Made by a program: the position numbers and the translations under genes. A DNA stretch of 64,000 nucleotides, from positions 7,732,829 through 7,796,828 of the forward strand of contig NW_002060946.1 of NCBI RefSeq assembly GCF_000150275.1, written 5' to 3'. Positions 11,330 through 27,188 of this stretch are shown here, piece by piece (positions within the stretch are counted from its first letter, which is position 1; every line of letters begins with the position of its first letter). Source of the DNA: Trichoplax adhaerens (Eukaryota; Animalia; Placozoa). The notes beneath the pieces were generated by a model. It did not search any database. It saw only the letters and a program-made list of their open reading frames with translations, and was not told where the DNA came from.

Positions 11330-14300
11330 TACTCAAAATAGTCTTTTTCCTATTAGTAAGACAATTTACAAAGATCAGTCGGTTAGATAAGAGTGGCAGT
11401 GGATGATAGAAAGTATCACTATAAATAATTGACTTTTCTGGGATATCCTTTAGCAGGACCATCAGTGGTTTTATTATGGTATTTAAAGCTCATATGTAAT
11501 ATGACTATTATTATTCTATTTATAGCTATCCTATAGGAAACAATTACTGGTATCATAACGATTATTAGATAATAAAATAACTAGCCAATGCAAAATGAAA
11601 TAATAATTTCTAATAGTTGTTACCCTAATTATAATGGATTATTTTTAATTTTGTCATTTTATTTATCCAGCCGTACAGAGCGATCCTAGTATTCAAATTC
11701 AGTTTCATGTATAGCAGAACATGTTATATCATTTATACTGAAACTTCTAACATCTACTTTCATGGTTGATTATGAGTATCTGATCTATCACAAAATATAG
11801 ATTCTAGCCATCATTTCGATCATAAAACTAGTCACAGTTATTAAAACAGCTAAGATACGTCTTTTCCGATTCTAAATGACTTCAGTGTAATATCTCATAT
11901 AAATTATAAAATTATTTCCAATTATCTATGGTAACCACCTAAACAAAAGTTGTACGAAATTTCAAATGCCTAAGAGAGACTGCAGAATCATTTAATGATG
12001 TAATATTTAATAATATTTTATATTTTCATAACGAGCTGAAGAAAGGATTTACTGTTTAACGAAAATTTATTTTGATCATTCTTTAAGCCGCTTGGCAATT
12101 GGATATAGTGTATAAGGAAATTATGCTTAGACACAATTTAACAAGATTACAGAACGTATCTTTTAAGTCAGTTGCGTCATAAAATATACTTAAATTGTTG
12201 TACATGATCTGTTGACTCTTCAAAATCTGTAAACGATTACTGCCAAGATTTTCTACAGATAGCTATTCTATTAACAGGAAAAATCTTCATCCTATATATC
12301 TGATGCAATACCTGTATAGGATACTGCATTAGATAGAGTTCGATACTTATTTATCAAGGATGTAAGGCCAACATTTTATAAATGTTTTATGTTGATTGAT
12401 CGCGAAACTGTACGTTCAGACTGCATTGCAAGTTAATCTTAAATCCATACAGTTAACACTAATCGAACTTCCTGCCACAATATGAAACTGGCACCATTCT
12501 GAAGGTTGAATATTCCTATTTATTTTTGAAATACCATGACTCAAGGTAAAACAATGCTGTCCAAGCTCATATTATCTTAGGGCTCTACAATTGGAAGAAA
12601 TCTATTCAAGTCTAAATTTTACCGTAATTATTGTCTATTTCTATCATTCATATCGGGATCTCACGACATAGCAGTATTCCGTGAATACAATGAACTTGTC
12701 TTATTCTTTTAATTCAACACCGTTATTCCTTCTTCGCTTGATCGCTTTCAATCTTTGATATAATTTGATGTTAATAAGGAAGTTGATTGTATAGTTATGT
12801 ATTTTGCCTATGGCTCAATCATTTAATTCGCTATGCAACAGTGAAAATACTTTGCATACTGCCTCATCATTTTCATAAAAATTCGATATTCTAAGTCGAT
12901 ATATTAAATAGGCGTGACAGTTTATCGACTTAAAAATGCCAAATTTGTATAGAATTAGCCGAGAAAGTATAGGAAATATGGCATTTTTCTTAAATTGCAA
13001 TACAGCGTATAATTACTAGAAGGACTAGTCAATGTTTGCTACATCCAATTTAAATCGCATTTAAGTGAGTATTTGCTAGAATAGAGTCTTCATACCGTAT
13101 TTTGAATAAACGGCAACATAATATTAGCATCATGTTAGCAGAATAAAGCATGGATAGATACTGGGTAATACAGTAAAAACTCTCAAATATTCGTAATACC
13201 TACCGATACTTGCAGGAATCATTAAAAAGAAAATTATACTTCAATAGAATCCGCGAGCTACGATGTCTACGAATTTGCACACTATCATCGAAAATTTATT
13301 GCCGATTCAGCATTATCTGATTTTGGTAAAGCGTCCTCAAAACATTAGAACAAGAACTAGTAATTTTTGTAAAACTTGATGCTATTACTTTGACTAAGTT
13401 CTTCTAACAATCCTAAAAGACTAAAAATAGGCCTATCGCCCCCAGTAGTTTCAATTTCTATTTCAAAATTATCATTCTGTTGGATAATTAAATACTGCGC
13501 GTACTTACTTTTACTATAGCATTATTCGATAGATCTTACGTAGACATACAATAGAAAATTGATCATAAAGGAGCAAATTACCGTATTAAATGTACAAATG
13601 ATTCAGTTCAGTGTTCTAAAAAATGCATAAAATTTTTGCCCTTAAGGCAAAAGAAAAACCATTTGAAAGCTTAGCCTTTCCCTTTTCATAGGATTACTAA
13701 AGCATAACACGGCCAGTTAGGATCGCCATTTACAATTAGCAGTTTTTTAATATAGTAGCACCGTCCACGTAAGAGTATCAGAAGTATAGTGGTGCAAAAG
13801 TTCGACTCAATTTAGAATGTGTAATACTTTAAAAATTTTGTTGATTAATTTACTCGTAGCATTAGTATAACTAATTTATAGATGGACAGGCGAGTGTAAC
13901 ATTTTTATCGGGTCTCGGACCTACAGCTACTATGTAAGTTGTATATTTGTTGTTTGTTGTTGCTATATATAGCTTCTTATAACGGTTACCCATAAGCTGA
14001 AGTGGTACGGAAATGTACATTTTGCCTTGTTAGTTTTCTTGCTGTGTCAGTGCAGCTTACAAGTAGTGAATAGCAATATTGTATTTGTGGCTAGCAATTC
14101 TAAACGAGTATTGCAAGAATTGCGTTGCGATACACTATTAAGTTGTCCTCTATTGCTATGAATCAAGCAAGCAATCCCAGAATTTAGTAGTATAGATAGA
14201 CTACATTAAACTATTTAGCAAATATAAACTCCCATGGAAATAATTTTAAAGTACAAACGGTAATTGTCTAAAGAGGCATAGAATCACGATTTAAAACATT

Positions 14301-16083
14301 ATGCTATAGAAGTTATGAATTTGCATTATGATGGGGGCGTTTGCACTAAGAAATATCGTACAGGGTATTTAATTTCTCAACTGGTATAAAGCTTTTTTTG
14401 ACTATTTAGTATCATTGTGAAACGCCGACAATAGTCATAATAAATTATACATACCGTAGTACTTTACATCATATTGCTATCATACTTCCAAAGTACACAA
14501 CTATCGCAATTAGCTGAATCACCACAATAGCGTAGAAGAGTTTGTTATTTAGCTATTTCTTATTCTAGTTCTATCATCGTTTGAAATCACAATAATGATA
14601 TCATTGGTAACAAACCTTGACTTAAAATCGGTAACCTAATTAGGAATGTAGGAAAATAGGTGCTACAGTAAGTCCATAGTGATCATAAGTAAGATAGTAC
14701 TTTAGATCTGAGTGGAATAGTGTTAACTAGGGTTAAATTAACCGTTAAGTTATTTGTCTGCGACGGTTAATAGATAATTTAAAGACGATAGCATTCGCAT
14801 TAAGTGAGAATGTAAGGCGCCTCAGTTGCTTACGGTTAAACTTTTAGGATTGCACAGGAATAACACGAGTTGTACGAGTATATTAAATTGTAAGATTATG
14901 GACAAGCACGTGTCTCTATAGGATAATTTGCTAAACGAAATCAGTTTATGTAATAATGTGAAGTTGTACAGTACAAGAAATTGAATTTCTTTTTATACCA
15001 ATTTATAGCACTTTAATACTGCTGTAATTTCAAGCATAAATTGTTACGATACTGGTTTTATAGCACATATCAAGTCCGATATCGTGCTAGACTTTGATTG
15101 TAATCCCGTAAATATTGAAAAAACTACGAAAATTTTTCTGTTTAACCTAAACTTACTACCACTCTTCGTGAGTCATATGGAATACTAACAATTCTAATCA
15201 GTCAGTAATCAAGCTTTACAGAGACTAGTAATCATGATACTCTCAAATAGATCTTAAATCTGGGCTTTTAAATCTTCTGTTTTGAGTATCCCTATCTGGC
15301 ATATCGTGAATTAGCCACTTCAAACATTTAAACATAAAAAGGAGTATGACACCGCTGTAGGCACTCTAAAGAAAGGTAATCAGGTTCAATTAAAAATGAA
15401 TAAGAATATTAGAATGCGTTGAAATTTGCGAGCGTAACAGTCTGGCACGATGCCGAAGCTGATCTTCCTAGCGACAATAGAATTATGTGATAGACTTATT
15501 AATTCGTATACCTTAATTTAATTGATGTGCGATTCATTTTTGTTTACATAGGTATCAGCCGTCATAGCACTAAATATTTACTTTTAAACGAAGTTTATTC
15601 CTTACGCTATGCAAGATATATTGATTTTGAAAGTATTAAAAATACACGCCAATTAACAAATCTTCATAGTCTTATAGTGCAAAACTATTTTATAACGCAA
15701 TTGCCCATTGTTTCCTTTAACAAAGAGCAAAGAGAATTGTATACGAATCGACAGACATATTATACTTAAGTAAATTTAGCGAGCTGAGACTCGACATTGT
15801 TATGGTTAGGAAAGACTCGAAAACTTGTAGAGGACTGATTGCAGCGTGCTGCTATTACAATAGTGTGGTGACGTTGAAAAGCGTACGAGAAAACTTGTTT
15901 TGATCGAAGATGTTATAAACCAACATTTTATTTACAAGATAGTATACATTTCACTAATTAAGTTCTTTACTTCTTACCAAAAGGACGTATCTGGTGTGGT
16001 TCTTTTACTAAAATAAAGCACCACTAAGAGTAAAGTGTTTATTACTAGTTGCATTGTTAATCTAATTGGCGGTCTCCTTAGCT

Positions 16084-16450
16084 ATGAACAATTTTAATCT
16101 CTTCACCATCTTTCACATGAGAATACATGGTCAAAAACCTATTCATTGCTTGTTTAGCATCTTTATTAGTAAATATTCTCAACCCAAAACTACCAACTTT
16201 ACTCATATGTAATCTTTTGGTTAGTGTACATTAGGTCCTAGTGCCATTAAAAGGACTTCTGTACTACAAGATAATCTTTTTCTAGTCCTAGAACTCAACT
16301 ATTTCAGGCTTGATTATCCAATTAATCTTCCCAATCAAAATATAATCGGTGTCAAATATTGATCAGATATCCAACTATTTAAATAAAGTCTTCGATAAGG
16401 TATGAGCTACCGTATCCAGCATTACTGTAATGAACTATACGAATTTAGCT
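16084..16450 (+). pseudogene. Possible heavily decayed GPCR relic
   Basis: Plus frame reads LFIACLASLLVNILNPKLPTLLICNLLVS (compare LSKLPTYHLIANMVGSD in the cluster), then stops, an ATT GAT c AGA TAT (ID-RY with 1-nt insertion) and V*ATVSSITVMNY (TM4-like). Confidence 0.3.
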
Positions 16451-19400
16451 AAATTCGTGACATTACTGAAACGCTGAGATACCAGAGTACGAAAGGCTAA
16501 TAATTAATTACATCTAAACTTAATCGCTACCAACAGTTATGAGATTAAAAAGAAAAACAGGCGTTATTTCAGTTACATTTAAAATAAATCAATGATAGTA
16601 CGTATTATTTACACGGTATCTTATTTTCTCTCTGAATTACTTAAATATTATGATATCGTTCAAATTTTAGTAGATATTGAGTAAAAGTGATTAAATTTTC
16701 GATATTGTGAGATATATCATAAAGGTGCTGTAATGACTTTTACTGCTTTATTCAGATTATAAGCTACGGCTCTTCTAATATAGAAAAAGTCAATAGTTGA
16801 TTTTTATTGCCCGGATATTTAAAGTAAAGGGGAATTCAATTTTTCTTTCTATTCTAGAATTTAAACGTTTATTGAGAATAGCTGCTGTATATAGTTTGAT
16901 AATCGCAATCATAAAGTTTCAGCTGAACGAAATTTCAAGATATGTTAGTGGTCCTAAATTAGTTGAACGTTATATTCTTTGAAGTCATCTGTCAAGAAGT
17001 AGCAATTGGTAACTAATTCTTATCTCGTTTTGATCAGATAACATACTTTTGGTATCTGTTAAAAATACCGTTATCTGTGATCTTATACAAATGCTTAATT
17101 TTATAATATCACCTATAAATTAATAATTAATTTCTTTTTAGATTTAACATAAATTGGGGAATTTTCAATAAAGTTTGTATTCAGCCTTCTGTAAAGAGGG
17201 ACCAGTAGTGTTATGGATCTTCCTAATGATAGGAGATAGTCAATATCAGAATTACACCGTAGATAGAAGTCTGAGAGGACAAATTTAATAGTAGACTCAT
17301 AGTATTGTATTTCTAGTTGTAGTTTTAATTTCTCACGTTAAACATTTAGATTTGTAGCATTACCACTTCAAGGAAAGAAAATCAATTTCTTTTCATTGGA
17401 AGAACAACAGCGGGTCTGAATTGAGTAGAATGTCTAACGTGAGATGTATAATAATTAGGTGCGATTAACGTTATGCTAGTCATTTAATTAAGATATCCTT
17501 TTTTAATGCTTCATTGATTGATATCTTTAAGCTATATATCCAGCTATTTACGAAGAAACAACCTATTCATCTACTTTATGCATACAGCATATCATTGGTG
17601 TTGATGTAGCGATAGTACATTAATATATTAGGGATTTAATGAAATGTTTGTCTATTAGACACCGATGATAAAATAAATCTTACAATGGTCGCGAAGTTTT
17701 ATGCAGAATCGTACGCTGGTGTAACCTTACAGTGTTTATGTTTCTACCATGAGAATGCAGAAAAATGGAAAATTTTAAATTCAAAGTTTAAAAGTCGATT
17801 AGGGGATAAAAATCAATTCAAGATATTTAATCAAATTGAATAAATGCAATAATTACTTCGAGTTAATTTGAAAGCTAGTTGACTTCTTTTTAGAAGTATT
17901 CTAATCTAAAGAACTAAAAAGTCAAATGGGGGATCTAAAAATAATGACTTGAGCACTTTACTTAATTTAAATCTCCATACTAAATATGGAAGCATTTTAG
18001 TCCTTTAAAGTTCATTATTGTGCAATTTTAACACTATTCTACAATAATATATTTTTCAGCTGTTTCTGTGTATATGTAATCGAGCTTGAGTGAAATATCG
18101 TATTAGAAATAGTGTTGCTACGTATACAAGATTTTCAAGCTGATTTAAATTTAAAATTCTTGCTTAATTATGATATACTAACTTACCGATTCAATTTTCA
18201 ATGATTGTTATCGCCTTCAGCCAGAATATTTGATAGGATTCACCGTAATGCCATTAACATGGAAGCAAGGGGATTATTATTTGGCTATTCTGCTGCGGTA
18301 TGAGTTAAGTATCGTTAACGATTTGAACCTTAGTCTGTAACTGCAAGTTGCTGTGATATAAATGATTTCTAAAACCACTATCCAAGGCTCTAATAAGTAT
18401 AAAAGATCTGATTTGTTTACTATTTCTCATACAAAAAAAGCGATGTTACGGTCTGATGAAAAATTAACTGTCAAGTTGAATGCCTTAACTAAGATAGATT
18501 TGTCCTTTTATTGATCCTTCTCAGTAAGGCGAATATGAAATTTTTTTGTCATTCTTCCTTATTGTCAGAAAATACGACCAGACTAGACATTTCTATTACA
18601 AATTTAAAGGCTTAAAAAAGGAAGCTCTCTAAACAGACACATTCAATAATATCATTGTTTCACTCCAAAATGAATATGATTAAATAAACTACTATTTTAT
18701 TTCGATTTATTACATAGCGGTATTTTTATATTCATTAAAATTTGCTTGTATGAACCCTACTTTAAGATAAAGTTTCGAACCGTTTTCCTTTAATGATTCA
18801 AGTCAAAGACACAAACTTTCATTATAAATGAAGGATTTAAATCCTAAAATGCTAGCATTACCAATGGAAATCGCACACGCTAATAACTCACTAATATCTT
18901 AAATTGTTTTAAGCTATATCCATTGACCAAAGAGCGGAAATGAAAGCAACAAATAAAAAACACAGTATGCTAATATGTGTAAGTTCATATTAAACGTATA
19001 TATTCAAAGAGAGGGTTGACTGAAAGAGTTAAAAACATGAGCATTAAAGATTTTGCCTTATTCAACTTAATTCTTTTCTTTGTGAACCTACAAGTGTAAA
19101 CAAATTATTACAGAACAAAGTCTTATTGTGAACCCAACATTTATGTACTGACGTTGATCTAATAAATTTTTAGTAATAACCACAATACTTTCACTTTATT
19201 GATAGACATATATTATTATAATCATATTAATATTAACTAAATTAATATCATTTATCAAATATAAATTAAACCATCCATGACAGTTTATCATTATCGTATA
19301 ACTAAATTGCGTCATGTCATACGCCATGGTGCTTATGAATTAAGGTTTTAATTAAAATAAATTACATTGTGTAGATTATAGGCCTCTGTAATAAAATATT

Positions 19401-22400
19401 TCTCATTATGATAAGGATCTTTTATAGTAAATACATCGGGCAATTTCATTCACATTTGCTGAAGGAGGTATCAGTAGCATGAAATCATTTCTGCAATAAT
19501 TTATAATAAGTCAGAAATGAAATACTCATATATGTGACGTTCATAATATTACAGTACTGTACTGAGCACACCGATTTAGCAAAAAGTATAAACAAAAGTA
19601 TAATCTCTGACGCCAATTTTATAAGATGCTAGCTTAGAAGATTCACTAGCTAGCAAGCCTTTTAATAAATCGAAACTAACAAAGATACGGTGCAATCCGA
19701 AGCTAAACTTCAGTAAACTATCGTTATCTATAAGTCGAGTATGATATTTTTGGCTAGATTGATTGATTCATCGTGAAATTTCAAATAGGATATTTTCAGA
19801 GATTACTACCTTAATTCGTGAGTATGGCTAATAAACACACACACATAATACTACAATATTGGCCAATCACCACTTTTGAAACGGTTCTATTATTACAGTA
19901 TATACGTACTATATAATATCGTATCTGTTACTAAAAAAAGAATATAATTTTGCCTTAGTATAATATAATGAACCCTTAAGTTTTGCACATAATAAATTGA
20001 GAGTACAGATATGTAATTAATCTCAAGAAATTATAGCTAAACAAGCTCCTGTCTAAGCCAGTCTTAATGGGTTGGCATATCACGATTAATGCCCTCATTG
20101 AACTTTATTTTTCTCCTCCTTTGATTGTCTACGACGAGATGTACGCATTTCATAAAAGATTAAGTGCTTTCATCTATGTTTATGTAGTTACTGGAGTATT
20201 GTATAATTAAAGAAACTTCAATTTAGTGCCTACAGGAGTTTATTAGTCTTTAGGAAAAGATTCTACGAAGGACAAAGCTATAAATCTGATATGTGTTGTA
20301 TAAGAAGTAATCACTATAGTAGTTGTTCTTGAATTATTATTCCATGCATTATTCCCTAAACAAACCATTCATCCAAAGTCCTTAAATTAAGGCACCATTC
20401 ATGAATACGAATGTTTTGTCGGTAAGTGATGGCTACTTTTATCTACCTTTCTATATTAGTAATACTAATTACTGCTAGTCTTATTAGACTTATACAAAAA
20501 TAAGTAAAACAGTTTGATAGAAATATATAATGCTCCCTTCATAGTACGCTGACCTGTTATAGAGGATATAACTTTTAAACATACATGAAAAGCTATTTAG
20601 TTTGAAATAATTTAGAAAACAGTAAATTTATATAGATTTCGAAAGGTATCTACCTCATAATAATTATTACCATGCTATATTATTATAGATAACTTGAGAT
20701 ATTTCCTGTAATAAATCAAAATTTTACGCTACAGAAACTTGGAAGATCCAATTAGGTACCGTACTAGCCAAATAATTGAGTTTGTTCTGGACTGCTAATC
20801 ATTCTTGAATTACATACTGACATTAAAAACAAATTAAATTCCATTCTCATCGGTATGCTTTATGGGATGAAAAATTAACATTGATTACTCACCTTTGTTA
20901 GATTATAACTGGAAATATGGTTTGACTGACTGATTAAGCTAATGCAGTTGCGCTGCACACTACATAGTCAATATATGGATGAAATAAAAGTAAAATAGCT
21001 AGCAATTCTAGCTTGAGAGTCATCATCACATGCGAGTCAATTCTATGAATAGTATAAGCGTTGCATATTTTCATTGACATCATAGTTCGATCATTTTATA
21101 TATTGCATGGATACGGTAATATAATTTAACCAAAACCTACCAGCACGTATAAAATAAAAATTTTATGCAAGTGCTATTAGTAGTAAATATTCTTAGCTTA
21201 AAAGCGCTGATAAGTTACTTAGTCCACAATATCTTAATTATGTTAATATTGAAAATCAAGATAATTATTGATGATAAATAATACTAATGAAATAAAAGCA
21301 ATTAAAAATTGTCATGTTTAGATTTTGCAAAGTTTTAAATTACCTCGATTCTAATCTACTAAATTTTATTAAATTTTGTTATAACTTTTGGCGATGAAGC
21401 TGTAAAATTAATAATATTTTTTAAAATTCTTTTATAAATTTACTAACTTAAAAAGAATCTATTTATACGTAGGAATAAAGGATACGGTATCGTATTCTAT
21501 TGTGGGATTATAATTTTCGAAAAGGATAAGTTAACTGCTATCGTACCTTTCCCTGTTATGAATTACAACTTGAACCAAAAACTTAATGCAACTTTATTAA
21601 TTACAATTTTAAAAGGATAAATCAGAAATAAATGGTTTATTTAAGACGTATGTTTGCAGAAGTCTGATGTCATATAAATTAACCATTCCTCTGGATTGTA
21701 ATATATCGCAAGACAAATTAAAATTCCAAATACTATTCAATTTATGTGGGTTATAATTGAAAGGAGATTTATAAAGTCTCCTATTCAATTTCGGGATTGC
21801 AATTTACAATAAGCAAAGTCTTGCTAAACTTGCTTTTAGGGGATTAAAAATCATGCTATATATAGAAATTGTAACAATAGCGTGCCATTAAAGGTTTTAG
21901 CTCAAGAGTGATCCTATTCATAATTAAATGAACAACTTTAATCTACGGTATAATTATTATACTCCGCAAAAATTATACAGAGCAATAGGATTTCGGAAAT
22001 TAGTATCTGTACTATTGCCTCAATGCTATTACATCTATGCTAGTATTGATATTGCTAAGCTAATCTAGGCTGTAGGAGCTTGGCGATGCAATTCTTAGTT
22101 ACCACGCTTCCTTTAGATTCTCAGATAACAGCGATAGACTGTAATATAACTGAAATAATTCTAAAGAAATTTCATCAACGTCGTTTATTCATCCTTCATA
22201 CGTATCTATAGGCTTAAATAGATCCTTATAACTGTTTTAAGGACCGAGGCAAACGAAATCGTGATTTTACTAAATTATCTAATTATGGAAAGCCAAAAAT
22301 TGTTAATCTTACACCTCTTGAAGTTCCAAACATTCCTATAGAATTACAGAGTATCTATCAGATAGCTAAACCTAAGTAACTACAAATATAAATTTTAATG

Positions 22401-23037
22401 AATTCTATTCAAGGTTACAATTTAGAATATGCAATCTAAGAATAATAAATTCTGTTTGATTGTATATTATTATTTTACCACGATAATCTACATTAATTAA
22501 TTATAACGTTCTAGTGGGGATACACATGTTTACGTTATAACGATATGTTTTTTTAGTGTTTGTTATTAAAGGTATTTGCCGTGATCAACTATTCTTTCTG
22601 CTTTGCTTTATTAAAGATATGGGTAAATATATTAGATTAGGAGAATAGGCTAATAAATATCTAACGCATTGAAGTTGTATTTACTATTGTGTTGGTGAAC
22701 TGTTTACATTGGCATACTTTGTACATATGCTGCTCAGTTAGTAAAAATGAATTTAAAGTTGTGAGATCTCCTGTACGAGATCGAGTGCTAATATTTGGTA
22801 GCCTCGAAAATATACAAAACCCTAAGGTGGCGTAATATACAGGAAGAATAAATAATTGTTTTTGTTAACCGTGATCTATTTATTTGTATTGCCAAAAGTA
22901 AACGATCCACCTAATAACAGTCACCGAAGCGTAATTCCACAATCCGGGGGGCGGTGGCCGTAATTATAAGGGTCGCTCTAAATATCCGTTAATTAGCATT
23001 ATGATTGACGTCATTACCGAGAGAAATATTTGCTATT

Positions 23038-23150
23038 TGTCACAACCGAGATTGTAACACAAGAATTAAACGGGATTCTTTCCTCTAAAGTAGACTTAAC
23101 TATCTAAGCAACTAACTCTAAGCACTCTTTAATCAACCAAACTTAGATTC
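23038..23150 (-). mobile_element. LTR-terminus-like fragment; other end not found
   Basis: Begins TGTCACAACCGAGATTGTAACA, the same terminal hairpin as the family E end (TGTCACAACGTCGTTTGTAACA). No TSD identified; right coordinate approximate. Confidence 0.35.
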
Positions 23151-26100
23151 GAGTCTTAGATGATAGATTACTCACGTTAAGGATCAAAACTTTATTCTAG
23201 AAGCTATTTTATTAAAATGTTCGATTCGTAATAAACTTAAAATTTAATACCAATACGCTGCCTGGCCTAGTTATCACAAATTGAATAGTATATATTTCAC
23301 TTTTTATCCGTCTACAATTCGTTCTCTACTTTGCTAATAAAAACAATAAAAAGTTAAATCACTGTCTGATACTCGATGTTTGAAATATTTATTGTTTTGA
23401 TTCCTGTTATTTAGTCATAAGCAACTTGGTGCTACCGATTCATGATGCTAATTTTGTGTATTTGTAATAAGAGCTATTCTATTCTACTTTAAGACAGTCT
23501 CTCAATAAATCATTTTCCCGTCATAATGGACGAAATAGTTTACTACTTAAAAATATTTATTATTAAATTTTACAGAGTACTACCTAGACAATATGATAAG
23601 TAGCAGTATACGGCTAGGCCGCAGACTAATAATTTCGCTCCTAAAGAAATAAGTCTTCCTAAGCAGGTTTCAATACCGAAATCTACTGACGCTGCTTACC
23701 GAGGCACCTTGTCTCCTCACTTAAGAGTATTGCTGACGACTCTACTTTATCTACTAGTGGCACTTAACTATCCCAGCGCCATTAGTAATATTTTTAACAC
23801 TACAAATCCTCATCGAACTGGTACCGCCATCTTACCACTCATCATTGGGATCTCTATTTTATTATAAAATTTATCTCCTATAGTTCTGGTAAGTTATACA
23901 CACTTGTCGAAGCACCCAGCTCGTAATACTTCGAATAACTATTTGCTGACTTACAGAACATTTCAACGTATCTGTTGAGTCAAGTTTAACAACTGCACGA
24001 TATTCGACGGTCAATAGGATTATTCTTAGTACTATATTCTCAATCTAGCGTGCAAAGCTGTTAAGTTCTAATTTACTTTACGAAGGTTACGAGTCCCGGA
24101 CTATCAGATAATCTTTTAGAATATATGTATGTATGCTAAGATATCCCTAGTATCTGATTATATCCGATGTTGGAAAGGTGGAAAGGTAGTGAATAAATCA
24201 ATTTAACTCTGTTTTTAATTCGAGAGAAATTAAGCAACTATAGAAGAACAAAATTTAACAAATATTAATGCCATAATATCTTGTAATCCTATAGTATATT
24301 ACAACTACGGTTAATAATATCTTGGTACAGTACTAGAACTGCACACTAAAAGCACGTTATCAACTAGCGTACATTATAAATGTAAGGTTGTTAATTTGTT
24401 TATTTAATCCTTGGAGCAATCATCTCCGACTTTCTGCGTAGGAAATAGCTTCTATCGTAGGATCAATATAATCATAAGATGGGAGCGTTAGAACTGGTAT
24501 AGCTTGCAGAATCAAGTATTACATTTTGGCATTAGTTTTGTTAATAAAGGATATGAAAGGCTTGCTCTTTTAGGATGAAGTTCAGTCAGAGAAATCAAGC
24601 TGCGATTGATTTACGTACTCTAAGATTTACTACAATAATGTTCAAAAAATAATTTTAACCCTTTACATTTGAGAGACAAATTATTTAGTGATTGGTTCAG
24701 AGTAGCGCTCGAAATAGTACGGTACTCTACAGTATTACAAACTGATCCGATAGTCGTAGTACATCATGAGCTATCCCAGTTCCGCCGCAGTCAGCAAACT
24801 AAAACAGCAACAGCGATAGCACTATAAAATACTATAGAATGGAACAATTTATTTTTACCTTCGCTGTATCATGTATATGGACTCTGTGGTGCGGATATTG
24901 AGGTGTGCACCACATGCAATTTTGGATTCGATTTTCTGCCCTTTCCCCCCCCCCCCACTTTTTCCTTTAAAAAAACTAATCTAAAGTCTATCTTTAACAA
25001 ATGCACTGTACTAGTAATCTGTAGAAAGTTGTATGATGTAGGGAAACTGGTTTGAATGCTTACCATTATTTTGTACTTTTTATAAAAAAATAACGAAATA
25101 ACTTATTTTGGGGGCAATTATTCTATGTGGTAGTTGTCTTTTCGTGAATATAAGCGGTAGCTGTAATTCAAGAAGAATTATCCCAGCTGTGGCTTTGAGT
25201 ATATGTTAGTTATAAAAAGTTCTTTTGTAGCAAGCTCGAACTGTGATACAATTAGATTGAATTAGTACATCATATTAATTAATAAAATGATTTCGAGGTA
25301 TTAATTTTGTTAAAATGAATAGCTCTAATTGCCCAGAAAGCAGCATACATCATGATGGTATGATGGCTGTACTGCCTTTATAAGATACAGCAGTCATGAT
25401 GTGGTTTATCTTTTACTTGGCTAAATTATCCTCGTTTTAATATCATGAGCTGTGATATTAATATATACTGTGACTTGCAACAAAAGTCCCATAAATAACC
25501 AGCAATGTTTAATGTGCTCTTAGTATGCGAACAAAATACACTAAGGTTTTACTTCTATTTCTAAAGTTTATTCTTTAGTAATTGTCTATAAGCCTTTGTG
25601 CTGTATAACAACAAAATAAAAAAGGCGTTTCTAAAGGGACTTCATTTTTTAATCATATTTAAATGGATAGGCTAGTTCTTATCCATATTTTATGAAGCTT
25701 CCATAGCTGTTGGCGACTAAGAAACCACAGTCAAAATCTGAATTGAATATTATATTTTCACAGTAATGGATTCTCACATGAATTATAAATTGTTAATCGA
25801 TATTTAATGAGAAATTGTGAAACTTAAAATCACTGTAATAAGTATAATAAATCCTTATTAAAGATGTTCCATAGTTTTTCTTAAAAAGCTGTTGAATTAG
25901 ACAGGATTCTGAAGTATTGTTCTTATCTAAAATCGTAAAATCTTTGTAATCGGATGTGTAAATTGATGCATGACTATATAAGAGACCTCTCTAATAATAA
26001 AGAATAATGTTAGAATTTTCTTAAACTATGCACTAAACTGTTGCTACAGTTGTCGAGGAGACCAGTAACCTGTACATTATAGGTTTATCCTTCCATATTT

Positions 26101-27188
26101 ACAATGCAAATTAAAGAGTTCAATTAAATTTGTTACAGATTTTTTCGTGCTGTAAAGCTCGATTTTATATACACTCATTACTAATTTAACTTCAGTAATA
26201 ATTATAATATAAAGAAATTATTATAATGTATCAGCATCGTTTCTAGCGTGCATAGCATCTATCATTATTAGCTAGGCCTTTCTAAATGAGTTAAGACAGA
26301 CACTGTTCCAGACTAATGGCTGCAGTGAATAGGTTTAATAATCGTTAAGTTATCAATTCAATAAATTAAAATTTCAGTTATGAAAACTGACTAATTATCT
26401 AATGTCACAAAATTAGGTTAACGCCGTTTTTCAACCTTACAGATATCGTTTATTAATATCAGTCATCAAGAATAAAAATTCACTTTTCTTTTCCTCATAA
26501 AAGTAGTTGAAAGTGGCTGAGATAAAACGAATAATTGACTTAAAGCCTCTACAACAACAATTCAGTACAACTTAAGAATCATATAGGTGCACTATATAAA
26601 ATCTAACTTAAAATAGCTGTCAGCTACGGCTTTATAAGAATCCAATAGCTAACTATACTGTTCATCATATCAGCCATCACACGATCATTTTATTAACTAT
26701 AACAGTTTATCGTCCTTTCTATTACCGTAATTAGCTGAAATTACTATAATATCAATAGTGATAAAGAAAGATTTATGCTTTATTAGTAAATAAAATAAAA
26801 TAAATAAAAATAAGGCAGCATGCACCCTATCTTACCTGAACAATTTTCAATTAGAAATATTTTTATACAATTTATTAGTTGAAAAATCATTACCAATCAT
26901 CAAACAAAGGATATTATTAGAAATATTCTTTGTTCTAAATCAATTGCACATTTGCTTAAGATTACCGTATTCAAACTTAAAGAGGTAGACTTTAACTTAG
27001 GATAAAGAAATAGCATGTCATAATTCTACTGTAAAATAAATTTAGCATGATTTTTTTCATATACTGTTTCTGTAAGTTCACTCTTAAGGGCTTGCAATCA
27101 TGCCAGATATTTCAAAGTCATCGTAGAAGATGATTATTTTTAGTAATGCAACGTAATTTGAAAATCAAAGACCATTTAGCGATTAGTC

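Noticed and set aside
22920-22995. RGAVAVIIR resembling the LINE endonuclease RGGGVA motif
   Set aside because: Too short, closed by a stop, with no supporting flanking motifs.
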